From assembly GCA_964016885.1 (NCBI GenBank), contig OZ024746.1:74586001-74650000 (forward strand): a DNA stretch of 64,000 nt, given 5' to 3'. Numbering within the stretch: position 1 is the first letter of the stretch; each line of letters begins with the position of its first letter. Origin of the DNA: Eledone cirrhosa (lineage: Eukaryota). Below are positions 14,062 to 29,745 of the stretch, one piece after another. Below the pieces are notes generated by a model, which searched no databases, was not told where the DNA came from, and saw only the letters and a program-made list of their open reading frames with translations. The position numbers and the translations under genes are program-made.

Positions 14062-14253
14062 ATACATATTTTTATACTTGGGGAGGGTCATATTGTTGTA
14101 ATAATATTGCCAGAAATAATAATACAACACACTCACTGTCTGGTTGGTTTTCGCTACTGTATCTTTTATATCTCCACAGTTAAACCATTTGGTCCTCAAT
14201 GTTTATCATTGATTGACCAACGGTCAAAAATACACATATAAATACATATATAT

Positions 14254-14307
14254 ATAGTCTAACAAATTTCTTTCGTTGCACATCTGCAACATCATCAGTG
14301 ATACTAT
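14254..14307 (-). ncRNA. Hammerhead-like motif, inverted duplicate of 14370-14423
   Basis: Exact reverse complement of the plus-strand motif, within the 14075-14603 fold-back. Confidence 0.7.
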
Positions 14308-14369
14308 TATGTCCTTCCTGTTGTATTGTATGTCTACGCCATACAATACAATGCAACAGGAGGAACATA

Positions 14370-14423
14370 ATAGTATCACTGATGATGTTGCAGATGTGCA
14401 ACGAAAGAAATTTGTTAGACTAT
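14370..14423 (+). ncRNA. Hammerhead-like motif with degenerate stems I and III
   Basis: AUAGUAUCA-CUGAUGA-u-GUUGCA-GAUG-UGCAAC-GAAAG-AAAUUU-GUU-AGACUAU. Core and stem II are perfect. Confidence 0.7.
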
Positions 14424-14665
14424 ATATATATGTAATTATATGTGTATTTTTGACCGTTGGTCAATCAATGATAAACATTGAGGACCAAATGGTTTAACTG
14501 TGGAGATATAAAAGATACAGTAGCGAAAACCAACCAGACAGTGAGTGTGTTGTATTATTATTTCTGGCAATATTATTACAACAATATGACCCTCCCCAAG
14601 TATAACAATATCGGTTTCAACGCACGTTTTCAAATAAAGAATCTTTATAAACAAATTCAGAAACG

Positions 14666-14704
<39 letters not shown>

Positions 14705-14708
14705 ATTC

Positions 14709-14774
<66 letters not shown>

Positions 14775-15604
14775 ATATATATAAATGATATTGATATATA
14801 TATTCATATTACATATATATATATTCCAATATATATATATATATATATAACATTCATATATATATATTTATATATATATATATATATCTGAAGACTGCGA
14901 AAGCTGCAAATTCTGTGGAGAAAAAGACGCAATGAGGAACAGCTGACTAAATAATCAGATCAAACCAATAAATATAGAGAGATATAGTGACAGACAGATA
15001 TTGAAGGGGTGGGTGGTGGGTAGATATGTAAATAAATCTAGAGAAAGAAAGATCTATATCCTGTTTAACAACGTAGATGTTGTCCTATAGTAACCTCTAT
15101 ACGTCTGCCATCTTATCAAACCAGCCGCAAACCAATTCTGCTCAAATAATTTCTTAGAAATTGATAAAGACGAAGCATATAACCTGTTGCTGGTAATAGG
15201 CCAAAAATACTTGCAAGATAGTTTCAAAATAAAATCGTACACACAGACACACACATGCATACACGCATCAAACACACACGCATACAGGCATACGCACGCA
15301 CTCACATACAGATATACATAGATACATAGAAACCAGACGTAAAAAACATACCACGTAGTCGCATACACATACACGTTTTCCTCATCTTTCAACTCAATTT
15401 TCTCTTTCTCTTTTACTTTGTCCCTCACACTTTCTCTTCATCCCCCCTCTCTCACTCCCCTTTCTCTCTCTCACGTACGATACATTTCTGTGTATCGTAT
15501 GTAGTTATATAAATCTATATGCCTACATATATATATATATATATATATATAGTGAAAGAGTAAAGAATAACATGGTCGGCTGTACAAAAAGGGTTTATTT
15601 ACAT

Positions 15605-15712
15605 TATTAACAATTGTTTCATTAATCAGGTGAGTCTAAAGGCCGCTGATAGCTAGAAATTACGTCACTCGATCTTAATTCAGTGTGCTTCTCTGATCAA
15701 ATCATCGGAATA
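15605..15712 (-). ncRNA. Hammerhead ribozyme with long stem-II insert (U4C variant)
   Basis: Minus strand reads UAUU-CCGAUGA-u-UUGAUCAG-(about 63 nt)-CUGAUUAA-u-GAAAC-AAUU-GUU-AAUA. Palindromic loop; stem I extends (ACAU/AUGU) beyond a 5-nt bulge. Confidence 0.7.
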
Positions 15713-15781
15713 CTGAAATGTGTAACACAGGGCACTGGTATTTATAGATACATCGGATTACCTTAAACGATACCTCGTTAT

Positions 15782-15831
<50 letters not shown>

Positions 15832-15981
15832 TATATACAAACACATATATTAACGAAGAAAATATATCACCGAGGTTCAACAGTTAATGCTGGTACGGGC
15901 ATACATTGGTCAGTAATTAAACTCTTTTTAATATAATTGATTACCGGTGGCAGTGAGAAACAATAGACGGAAGAGAGTTAC

Positions 15982-16031
15982 ACGATCTTGATAAAGGGCA
16001 ATAACCCAGAAACAATATTATTGTTGACTGT
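15982..16031 (+). ncRNA. Type-I hammerhead ribozyme, U3-A8 variant
   Basis: ACGAUC-UUGAUAA-a-GGG-CAAUAA-CCC-a-GAAAC-AAUAUUAUU-GUU-GACUGU. Stem I has 5 of 6 positions paired, and stem III is extended. Confidence 0.7.
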
Positions 16032-16377
16032 TTCTCTCTGTCATCGCTAGAAAAAATGGATGTTGATGGTCATCTAAAACACATAGTGTAATGAGGCTGT
16101 TTGCTTACAAACGAATCAAACATTATTGTTATTCAACATAAAACTCATGAATGCATTTACATATAAATGTAAGACTATTATACCCCTACTCTACCTCTAC
16201 GCACTAACCACTCCTACCCCCAACCACACTACTTCCTTCTTCCGACCCTTTGCCTGTCTGGATAAACTTACTAATGTGTCCCACCACATTCCCCAGCTGA
16301 ACAGTTTTCTACTTTGATAAACTCAACCAAAGCACTAACAAGACCAGAGACCTATTTTTTCATACCCTACAGATATT

Positions 16378-16505
16378 ACCATACTCTCGTAAAAGGCTTG
16401 CTGAACACACAAGCCGAAACCGCTTTGCGCCACTGTGGGGATTTTACATATCTCCCCAGGTATCGAGTACTCACATGATTAGTTGTCTCCTCAGTCTCAA
16501 TGCCA
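16378..16505 (+). mobile_element. Repeat family F with a decayed hammerhead half
   Basis: Stem GGCUUG/CAAGCC followed by GAAAC at 16395-16420. Both halves recur at 57988-58087, one half inverted relative to the other. Confidence 0.5.
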
Positions 16506-16506
16506 C

Positions 16507-16561
<55 letters not shown>

Positions 16562-16609
16562 CCCCCCCCTCTCTCTCTCTCTCTCACTCTCTCTCTCTCT
16601 CTGTATATA

Positions 16610-17114
16610 TCTATATATCTAAAATAGAGAATGTATGTCTGTTTGTCTGTCTGACTCCCTAAAACTCGAGAACCACTCAACCGATTGTTTTCAGACTTTA
16701 CACATTTAATACTTATGGTCTTATGAGTATTTTGAGCAAAAGAGATTTCAAATTTTCAATGCTCTAGAGACCGCATTATGCGATTTAGTGATCTTTCTCT
16801 ATAATTCTTAGTCTTTCTTTTTAGATAGATACATAGATATAACTTTGCGCCCTTATAATATCTGTCTGTATATCTGGCATTACGACGAATTGGCAGTATC
16901 GGTAGAGGGTTGGACGCCATGCTTTCTAGCATAGTTACGTCCCTTTACAGTCTGAGTTCAAATCCCGCCGAGGTTAACTTTGCCTTTCATCCTTACGGGG
17001 TCGATAAAATAAAGTATCAGTAATGTACTGGGTAATTGCTGGCCTTGTGCCTAAAGTAGAAACAATTACGACATTATGACGCTATATGTGTGTGTGTGTG
17101 TATATGTATATATA

Positions 17115-17152
<38 letters not shown>

Positions 17153-17290
17153 GTGTACAGATATTTTTACATACACAATAACAAAATATAAACAAACGTA
17201 TTTATTTCACGAGGCTCGATAAGGATAAATATATATCAAATATATAAGAACCCTAGAGCAAATCCCGAGCAACGACGGGCCATTCTGCTA

Positions 17291-17291
<1 letters not shown>
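16610..17291 (+). mobile_element. Non-autonomous Helitron
   Basis: 5' A|TCTATATATCTAAAA followed by GTCT-like repeats and AACCGATT. 3' hairpin CCCGAGCAACGACGGG, then CTAG|T about 8 nt downstream. AT target, no TSD. Confidence 0.65.
16887..17064 (+). mobile_element. tRNA-derived SINE nested in the Helitron
   Basis: Same family. TSD ATTACGAC at 16879 and 17065. Confidence 0.88.
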
Positions 17292-17336
<45 letters not shown>

Positions 17337-20300
17337 AAGAGGGTGTATGCATGTATATGTATGTGTGCTTGGTAAAGAGATTTGTTAAAAATCGGACGAA
17401 AACAATGCGTTTCAAGACAACAGTTGAGCTCAACGTTAGGCAAAATACCATCGAGCAAAACCACACTAGGGAGTATATGTGGTGGTGACACCTGAAATTT
17501 ACGCCCACTAACCCATAGACGGGGTTATAACAATAGATATAAATACTACATTGAGGATGGAACGTAACTGTATAGTTAGGGAATTAACTTCCTGAAAGTA
17601 CGAGCCATCCAATAGAGCTTCTTTCATAGGTAGATTTATTATTTTGTTATTGTTATTAGCGTAAGTAAATGAAATTTTTACGGCCCTGAACAAAGTTTTC
17701 TACACGGTCTCTGCTTCTCAATTTTCTTTGGGTTTTTTTGCAACACTATTATATGTCAAAATATTTCGTAAAGGTGTATGCGTATATAGACCCATCGATG
17801 GAAAGAATACTCACTGAATAAACTGAAAAATGAGAATTTTTATTTTCATGTTTTTGTGGTGTTTTTATCTGAGAGCAATATGGAAGTTAATAACTTTAAA
17901 ATACAGTAACGAAAAATCCTACCGTGAGGAGGAATCATAGCATGTTCGAAGAGGAATTATAACATGTTCCGCATTCTTATAAGAAATTAATGTATCTAAA
18001 ACTACTAATATAGAGTTCATAAGCTGTAAAGATATTTGCATAATTATAGCACATATGAAACCATATTGTATCTTACAAATATTATCAACAACATTTTAGT
18101 CGAATTATTTCTGACCAATTTAATTATACATCCAATTTGATTTGCGTTAAAGGATAAGGTCGCACGTTTTTATTTTAGTGGAATGAGATTGTGATATGCA
18201 TATTTTTAATCTAGGGTTTTGTAATGTAAATGAAGTGAATCGGATTCAACCGGAAATTGGAACAAGATCGTGGATTCAATTTGCCGCCAGGTTAATTTTA
18301 ACATAAGGTGCGCACGATTACACTAATTTGTTTCACAAACCAACGAGTATGTCTCTATGCAGATATTCTACCTGTTAGAAATAGCAGCCACATCTCCATA
18401 AACTGACATTCTACTATCTTAAAAATGAAATGTGATGCAGAATAGTTAAATGCAGGGCATTCAAAGAAAAGATGGTCATAGCTTGAATATATTTGATGGT
18501 CGGTCTACTATATCAAGGCAAACTTTGAACTAGACAATAATTATTCCTTCTGCAGCGTTGCCATTTACCAAGGATATTCAATAACCTATAAAGAACAAAA
18601 ACAACACACTACGCATTATAAGTGATAGTACACAGAACACTAACAACGAAACAAAAATACTAAAAATGAAAGACAACATGACTAGTGAGGTGCACACTTT
18701 ATTGCCACAGTTCTTATCTCAAATAGGATAAACAGCTACATACCCAGATATCTATACAACATTTTGAAGTACTGCTCTAACATATTCAAAACACTAACTC
18801 AAACACTCAGTCCAGAAAAGCAAATTTAAATATATATAAACACATACACAGAAATAGCAGAAACATCGAAATACTTAAAATGCTCACTAACTTCAGAAGA
18901 GTGTTAGGATAGTCACCATCAACAATAATTACAGAGGAACAGTTATTGTCACATTTTCACCAAGTCCACCACACCACCCTCCACTTTCTTCACAATAGAA
19001 GGAGTGCAATATATTTAGGCTATTATACTGCACCTAATTCTCTTCATAACTACATGTCATTGGGTATTTAGTGTAGTCTTCGGTTGGAGGGAAATACGAT
19101 ATGACAGGAAAGAAGGATCTGTGTATCAAGCCTCGTCCTTTAGTCGACTGCCTGTGTGACATAGGATTGCTCAAACATGACTAACCTAGGGTATAACAAC
19201 AGCAACATGAACAACCTTAGCATTGGTGTTATTTGAGGAAAAAAATGTTTCTGATTTAATCTACCTTTAGTATGGTTATTGTTGCAGTTGTAAAATGATT
19301 TATAGAATCGTGATAAAGGAAATATTCAACTAACTATATCGACTTGTTAATTCGGATATTATTTGTGAACTTCTGCTTACGTTACATATCAATATATTCA
19401 TACTCCATGGCGATGGATTGAAAAATATGCAACAATGAGAGCCCAGCGACATTTATTGGCCGTGGTCGGTAAAATAAATACCAATCTATTTCTACCCTTA
19501 CAAATTGTGATAAATCAATATATTCAAGCTTCAGGTGATAGTTTTAATTCTCAAATATGGAACACATTATCTGCCGCCTCCTACACGAAATCAATCTTTC
19601 AGTCAGGCAGCAATTTTGCTGAGGCTTTCCCCTATTTACACTTCAGCATTTATCAAATGATATGATAATGTTCTGACAAAAATAAGGACCAGATCATTCA
19701 CACAAAATATCTACAGATTAAGTTTATTGAATTGTCTGTGAGCTATGAATTGCATATCGTATCTCAGCGTAAGATAAACATCAGTTGTATTGATTCCGTT
19801 CACTTACGATATTGATGTATCCTCTTTTAATATCTAACATATATGAGATAACCAAGGCTTTAGAGAAACAGGCACAGGTTTAGAATATTTACACTTTCCA
19901 AATATCAATATATTCCTTCTAAATTCGGAATAATTAGGTTTCTTATGTAGTTTTAACCCAAGAATGTTATCAATAAATAATTAAATATTCTAACACAAAA
20001 ATACTAAACATATATCAGTAATTTTCAGATTTTATTTCTGTTTAATGATGGAAAATCTCGTATTGATCTTTGAATATGAGTTTCTATTTTTGGAAACGTG
20101 TTTGTTTAAATACATGAACGTGAAAGAGGATGAAAACAATTAAAAATTCCGTGAGAATTAAATATTCGTTTATCATAATGGCACTTTTGTGTAATGTCCA
20201 CCGTACAATAGGCACTCTGACAGATTTCATTTGAATCTTTAAATCTATGCTAACAGCATTAGCTTGAATTTTTTCTTTAATCATTATTAATCCTTATCCA

Positions 20301-20998
20301 TTTTTTTTTTAATTTTTAATGTTAGGATTAGGTCAGAAAATGTCCCCCTGTTATTCTAACAAGAAATTAGCAGCATTTATTAAATCGGTTGAACGTTCAA
20401 TTTCCTTCATACACATAAAAAAAAATCGGATTTCGTAGCTGTTAATTATAAATTAGCTTTTTAATGTCCAAACTGTACTTTGCTTACACCGTAAAACACA
20501 TTCCTAATCATATGATTCATTATGGTGTGCGGGTAGGTATAATGATCAGTCGGAGCAACTGCTCCTAATAATAGAGGAAGAATCATAAATGGTACGTATA
20601 TTTTAATGATGAGACAACAGTCACTAAATCGTAAAAATGTACGCTCTTATGTTTTCTGTGTACAGAGGAAACAGTTGAAAGCTAGTTTACACTTCATTCC
20701 TTTCACAGCCAAAATTCTAATTAAATTAACTGTAATAAAATCTATACTGAATGTAACTTAAATCTTCTAAAGTAATCATTTTATTATTCAATTAATTATG
20801 TTGCTATTCAGATATGTACTAAATCTTAACTTCACCGATTATAAAAACCCACTGTTGACAAAATTGAAGTAGTAGTTATCTTCTTATCAAAGGTTATCTT
20901 TACATGAAGAAAAACAATATCTAAAATGTATAAAGTCAATATGGATGACTATATGTGTGTTTGCGCATGTATGTGTCTGTGAGGGTATATATATATAT

Positions 20999-21060
<62 letters not shown>

Positions 21061-21231
21061 GTATGTATGTGTTGTGTGTGTGTGTGTGTGTGTGTATGTG
21101 TGTGTGTGTGTATCAACTAGTTTACCACCATCAATTGGTTCTTGACACTTTTAGCGGAATCCATTATGTTGGAAGCATTCGAAACTTGTTTCCGCCTTTA
21201 GGAAACATTCCTCTCACGCTGAATAGACAAC

Positions 21232-21408
<177 letters not shown>

Positions 21409-22100
21409 TCATAGAGGTACGTATTTGAGATCGACAAAAATATTAGGCACAGGAGACGAACCACTATTTTATCACTTGCCAAAAGACTACGTTATTAATT
21501 ACACGACGACAGCGTTTTCGTTATTTCCTCTCAGTGTTTATCTGTTGCTTAATTACATACTGTTCAACATCCACAAGTTTCTCTCTTATTTCACAGATAA
21601 TAAGTTAGCCACTTAACGTTAGAAGGATAGATCATTCTACTAATGCTCAACTAATGAGATATTACACACGCGTTGTTTCTTTATTTGAGACGAGAAATAA
21701 CCACAAGAATGTGAACAAATTATAGATTAACGACTATGATACTTTTAGTATGAACGATACTAAACAATATTGAAACTTATCAGTTATAATAAAAAGAAAC
21801 ACAGATATATATATATGTATATATATATATACGTGTGTGTGTGTGTGTGCTTATGTGTGTTCGTGCATGTGTATTTATTCATGTATATGGATATATACTC
21901 ATTCATTTGTAACTGCTGATTCATATATCGCTATTGAATGTTTTCCCGCCATCTTGACATTCGTTCACACGTTTATTCGCCCGCTGACGGAACACATGAA
22001 CGCAGAAATGTACTATCTTGAGTGAAGTATCAACCTGGAACAATTAAATACATCTATTTCTACAACTACACACATTCAGACACATATATATATACATACG

Positions 22101-22269
<169 letters not shown>

Positions 22270-22779
22270 GTATATATACAAACAGAGAGAGATGGGGAGA
22301 GAATGTGTGTTTGGGTGTGTGTGTGAAATAGACTTCACTTGGTTTCGCCGATGAGTGTTCAATTTGTTCGATCAAAAAACAACAAACAGGTCTTGAAACT
22401 TGAAATTAAAATGCAAGTGGCTGAGTATTCCACAGACATGTGGGATATGAATGACCATTTGAGTGCTGTCTGATAGATTTCAATCAGATTCAGTAAACCC
22501 GATTTCTCGGCCTGTGTTACTGGTATCTAACACCAGCCCAATGTCCCACACATATGGATCGAACCTCGCATGATTGCAACGAATACATCATAAGCATTGA
22601 ATCATACTGCATCTACATGCATGCATCGCTTTCTCTCTCTCTCTCTCTATATATATATATGATGACCCCTTAGCCTTTGTCAAGGCAGAATTCTAGGAGA
22701 CGGAAAACTCTGATATAACACCTGCAACCCTGATGGTATCCAATGATATTTACCAAAAAGAACAAGTCAACATCATCTT

Positions 22780-23060
22780 GGTTAAGAGAGTGGGACTGGC
22801 TTTGTGCAGTGCCTTTGCTCACTATAAAAGCTTCACGACACAGGCATTGCTTTATATCTGGAGATCTCTCTGCACTTGTCGTCACATGGTGCCATGGGCG
22901 CAGCACTATGTGTCAATAATTGTCACAGGTGTAGTGTTTGTACCAGAGTTTTCAAGTCGCTGGCTGGACTAAAAAGTCACACTCGTTCAGCGCACCGGTA
23001 GGGCTTCTCCTACATGGATATAAAGTAGTGGCCGTACTCGAAAACGAGTTGGCAGCCACC
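22780..23060 (+). mobile_element. 3' end of an RTE-type LINE with terminal C2H2 finger and 3' UTR hairpin
   Basis: 22924-23001 encodes HRCSVCTRVFKSLAGLKSHTRSAHR*. It is followed by a short UTR with the hairpin GTGGC..CTCG-AAAA-CGAG..GCCAC and then (TA)n. Confidence 0.65.
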
Positions 23061-23122
<62 letters not shown>

Positions 23123-23362
23123 GCACACCGCACACATATATGATGGTTTTATATGATGATCATTTATATCATATATATAATGTAGATGAGAGAAATTCAT
23201 CGCATACAACCAACACCAACATCCTCAACGCCCATCTCATTAATTTCATGAGAAAGAAATTAACATTATCGAGTGTATATACAAGGTTGCGATAGCGTAC
23301 GTATATTAATGTGTGCCATTTGTTTGGTGCATATATAAGTATACACACACACACACACATAT

Positions 23363-23465
<103 letters not shown>

Positions 23466-23565
23466 AATATATACATATAATATATATAGAGAAAGAGACA
23501 GATAGAGAAATGACGAGTGATAGTGGCATGGAGAAGTATTTGTAAATGACCAGATTTCTGCGCCC

Positions 23566-23607
<42 letters not shown>

Positions 23608-23979
23608 ATAAGTATGCATACATACATACATACATACATACATATCTACATACATATACATACATATACGTGCGTATGTATGTGTTTGTCTTGTACACTT
23701 AGTTTCATAACTTTGCAATGGAGGCGCTACAGTGATAATTACCTCACACCTTTTCGCTGTGATTACAAACCGTCCATTATCACAAGTCAAATTCTCTAGT
23801 GTCTTCAATAGCTAAACTCAACGCTTTTCCATTACCATCAAAGATGAAAAGTTATCGTTAAAAATCGCCTTATCTCCAACAAAACTTTTCAATACTATAG
23901 GATATTTTTTTAATATTATTTTTTTTCATATTATTTTATACATATATTTATATATATTTATTCTTTTCTTTTTCTTCTC

Positions 23980-23989
23980 TTCAGCATCA

Positions 23990-24044
<55 letters not shown>

Positions 24045-24393
24045 CATTATCATTAATATCGTAATCGTTACAGTTACTATTATCATTTTTATTAATGATA
24101 ATAATAATGTAAATAATATTAATTAATTTATCATCTTCATTATAATTATCATCACCGTCAACCAACATCAACACCAGCAGAATGATGTTCACCATCAACG
24201 TTATTACCGTCACCGCCGTCATCACCATCACCATGAGGATCATAATCATTAAAATCATTATCATCATCATCATCATCATCATCACCAGGTAATCATTACG
24301 AAAATGGCTTTCGCCGCCAACCTCGTTATCGTCATCATTGTCATCGTCATGTTATAACTATTGTCATCGTACAGTGAAGTTCGCTAGCGTTGT

Positions 24394-24438
<45 letters not shown>

Positions 24439-24544
24439 AGTTATTGTTGTTGTCGTTGTTGTTATTGCTGTTATGCCTGATGTTGTTCTTATTGCTGCTC
24501 CTCTTGTATTTTGTTGTTCTAGTTCTTCTAGCACCAGCAGCAAC

Positions 24545-24602
<58 letters not shown>

Positions 24603-24990
24603 GCAGAAGCAGCAGCAGAGGCAGCAGCAACAGCAGTAGTATATTGGCTCACTCTTCTAATTGTTATTGTTGTTGTTATTGTTGTTGTTATTTGCATTGT
24701 TGTCGTAGGTGTGCTGAAATCTCAGCAAACGGCTTTCAATCGTCTCTTGTCTTATAATGATGCAAATGTTATTATCAACCCTCAGTTTACATCAACTTAA
24801 TAAAGGACAACAACAACAAGAATCCCACCAATAAACTACCCTGCTATCCAACCCTCACACCCATGAGTGTACACCAGGAAAAGACAAGAGAGAGAAGCCA
24901 AAAATTACAGATGAAAATACAAACATAAAATAAGGAAAACACAAAATAGATGATCTGTTTACATCTTTTTACTAACTTTATCTACATTCG

Positions 24991-25057
<67 letters not shown>

Positions 25058-25208
25058 CCATTACTATTATTGTTATTATCTTTAATATATTTTCTGTTTA
25101 CTATGAATATTAGTAGTATTATTCGTATCAACGTCATTACTTTTATTATCATCATCATTATTTTCATTATCATCATCATCATCATCATCATCATCGTTAT
25201 TATTATTA

Positions 25209-25243
<35 letters not shown>

Positions 25244-25318
25244 TTAATTTGTTACATGTTTGTTATAACGTTGTTGTTTGTTTTTTGGTGTTGTAATTTT
25301 TCTCTTTTATTCCTGTTA

Positions 25319-25349
<31 letters not shown>

Positions 25350-25358
25350 GTGGTTATC

Positions 25359-25394
<36 letters not shown>

Positions 25395-25743
25395 GCTTTT
25401 TATTTTTTGTATTTTTTTGTCAGTTACCATGTAAAAAGATGAAGGAAGCGAAATCTTATCAAATTCTAGTGTTGCATTAATTGAGATGAGAATAAGCCAT
25501 TAAGAGAACATGAAGGCATATTTAGAGGTCCGATAACAATACTTCTATTATCTTCTTTAATTGAATCTTTTTGTTTCGGTCCAAAGAAGGAAGCAACTAT
25601 AACAACAACAACAGTAACAACAAGAAAAAAAAATGACAAAAAAAAAAACAACCAAAAAATAAACAAACAAACAAACAATAACACCAAAATAAAAAAAATA
25701 AAAAAAATAACAGCTGCAATGTCAATAACCATAGTTACTACTG

Positions 25744-25786
<43 letters not shown>

Positions 25787-25820
25787 AGCATCAGCAGCAG
25801 CATGATTATCATCATCTTTA

Positions 25821-25855
<35 letters not shown>

Positions 25856-26005
25856 ATCATCGTCATCATCGTCATCATCACCATTATCATCACCATTATC
25901 ATCACCATCGTCATTATCGGTGACGTGTTTAGCTACCTCAGCAATGCCAGCAACAGTAACATCAGCATCACTAACGGAATGTGTAATCTGATGATAATAA
26001 TAATA

Positions 26006-26036
<31 letters not shown>

Positions 26037-26143
26037 CGATGATGATGATGATGATGATGATAATGACGATGATGATGATGATGATGACGATGACGATGAT
26101 GATGATGATGGTGATGACGATGATGATGATTGATGATAATGAC

Positions 26144-26189
<46 letters not shown>

Positions 26190-26200
26190 GTGGTGATGAC

Positions 26201-26231
<31 letters not shown>

Positions 26232-26630
26232 ATTATCATAATACTAATAATAATACTACTAATAATAATAATAATAATAACCGTGACGATGGCGGGGTTG
26301 ATAACGATAATGACAACAACAACAACAACAACAACAGCAACAACAACAACAACAACAATGATATTAATATACATCAGTGACGCCAATATTAAAGAATGGG
26401 AGAGAAATACAGGATAGGAAATTATAGGAAAATCAAAAACAATTGTTTAGCTAGATAATAGCACTAAGAGAGCTGATGTCGATGGTGATGATGATGGTGA
26501 TGGTGGTGGGGATGATAGTGATGATGGTGATGATTGGGGTCTGTTTGGAATAGGGTTGTGGTGACGATGCTTATGATGGTGATGGTGATGATGATGATGA
26601 TGATGAGGCTGATAATTATGATGATGGTGT

Positions 26631-26664
<34 letters not shown>

Positions 26665-26769
26665 AATGATGATTGGGGTCTGTTTGGAATAGGGTTGTGG
26701 TGACGATGCTTATGATGGTGATGGTGATGATGATGATGATGATGAGGCTGATAATTATGATGATGGTGT

Positions 26770-26800
<31 letters not shown>

Positions 26801-27245
26801 AATGATGATTGGGGTCTGTTTGGAATAGGGTTGTGGTGACGATGCTTATGATGATAAATGAGGATGATGATGATGATGATGGGGCTGATATTTATGGTGA
26901 TGATGATGATGATGATGATGATGATGTTGATTGGGATGTGTTGGAATAGGGTTGTCATGACGATGCTTATGATGATGATGATGGGGCTGATAATTATGAT
27001 GATGGTGATGATGATGGTGATGATGATGATGATAATGTTGATTGGGGTGTGTTGGAATAGGGTTGTCATGACGATCCTTATGATGATGATGATGATGATG
27101 ATGGGGATGATAATTATGATGATGGTGATGATGATGATGATGATGATGATGATAATGTTGATTGGGGTGTGTTGGAATAGGGTTGTCATGACGATGCTTA
27201 TGATGATGATCATGATGATGATGGGGATGATAATTATGATGATAG

Positions 27246-27285
<40 letters not shown>

Positions 27286-27379
27286 AATGTTGATGAAGGG
27301 GAAAGATGCGGGTAAGAAGGATGACTGTGGTCGGAAATGAGGAGATATAATAAGAATAACGATATTGACATTAGTAAAT

Positions 27380-27432
<53 letters not shown>

Positions 27433-27514
27433 TATTTTGTAGAAGAAAAAGGATAGGTAGTGTGGGGATGTTAGCATTTGCAAGTAATGCAGAGAAAATT
27501 ATAATGTTAATGAT

Positions 27515-27545
<31 letters not shown>

Positions 27546-27660
27546 ATGATTAAGATGATGTTGATGTTGCTGATTAAGATGGTGATGATGATGATGATGA
27601 TAATGGTGATGAAACCATGTTGATAATGACAGTGATGGTGATAATAATGAAGATGATATA
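23980..27660. repeat. Trinucleotide microsatellite field: (ATT), (CAT/GAT), (TAC/TAG), (CAA)
   Basis: Read directly from the sequence; includes the compound repeat at 26480-27295. Confidence 0.95.
26480..27295. repeat. Compound tandem repeat, 6 units of about 110-140 bp
   Basis: Core TTGGG..TGTT(T)GGAATAGGGTTGT..TGACGAT.CTTATG at 26534, 26673, 26809, 26931, 27042 and 27162, separated by variable (GAT)n. Confidence 0.9.
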
Positions 27661-27797
27661 TCGAAATCCCATCCCACCCTACACCGAACAAAAAATAAAT
27701 AAATATAAACCAAGATATAAATCTCGAAGTACCAGCACTTTACTCTCACTCGCATGTCTGCTCTTTTCTATATGTATAAGCATGGCTTTATATAATA

Positions 27798-27849
<52 letters not shown>

Positions 27850-27911
27850 CGTATAAGCATAGCATTATAAATATATATATATATATATGCGTATAAGCAT
27901 GGCATTATACA

Positions 27912-27947
<36 letters not shown>

Positions 27948-28186
27948 TGTATGTATGTATGTATGTATGTATGTATGTATGTATGTATACATGTGATGTG
28001 TATATACATACATGTCTATGCATGTGTGTGTATATACATACATGTCTATGCATATGTGTGTAAAGAACGTTCTCCCACTCATTCGTCTCCTTTCCCTTCC
28101 TTCTAATAATATACTTATTTCTTTCTTTTTAATATATTTTTCTTTACTCTCTGTCCTCTTTCCTCTAAGACTATCCATCTCCCCCG

Positions 28187-28262
<76 letters not shown>

Positions 28263-28349
28263 TTCTCTCCCGCAAAATCATCTAAGCTCATACATATGCA
28301 AACAAGCATACATACACTCACTTGCACAAACATCCACACACACACACTA

Positions 28350-29745
<1,396 letters not shown>

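Larger units (their letters stand above)
14075..14667 (+). mobile_element. Penelope-like pLTR fold-back insertion in (TA)n (family B)
   Basis: Near-perfect inverted arms of about 260 bp (14075-14331 / about 14341-14603), with a hammerhead in each arm. A unique tail follows at 14604-14667 and recurs at 46318-46375. Flanked by (TA)n. Confidence 0.75.

Noticed and set aside
18690-18900. GIY-YIG endonuclease relic
   Set aside because: Only faint frameshifted resemblance; cannot be supported without a profile search.
22924-23001. C2H2 zinc-finger gene exon
   Set aside because: Single finger with no TGEKP linker, followed by a stop, a LINE-type UTR hairpin and a microsatellite; fits an RTE LINE C-terminus better.
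25466-27483. Poly-Met/His/Asp ORFs (reflectin-like or His-rich protein?)
   Set aside because: Pure (GAT/CAT)n translation, with no reflectin motif or other conserved domain.
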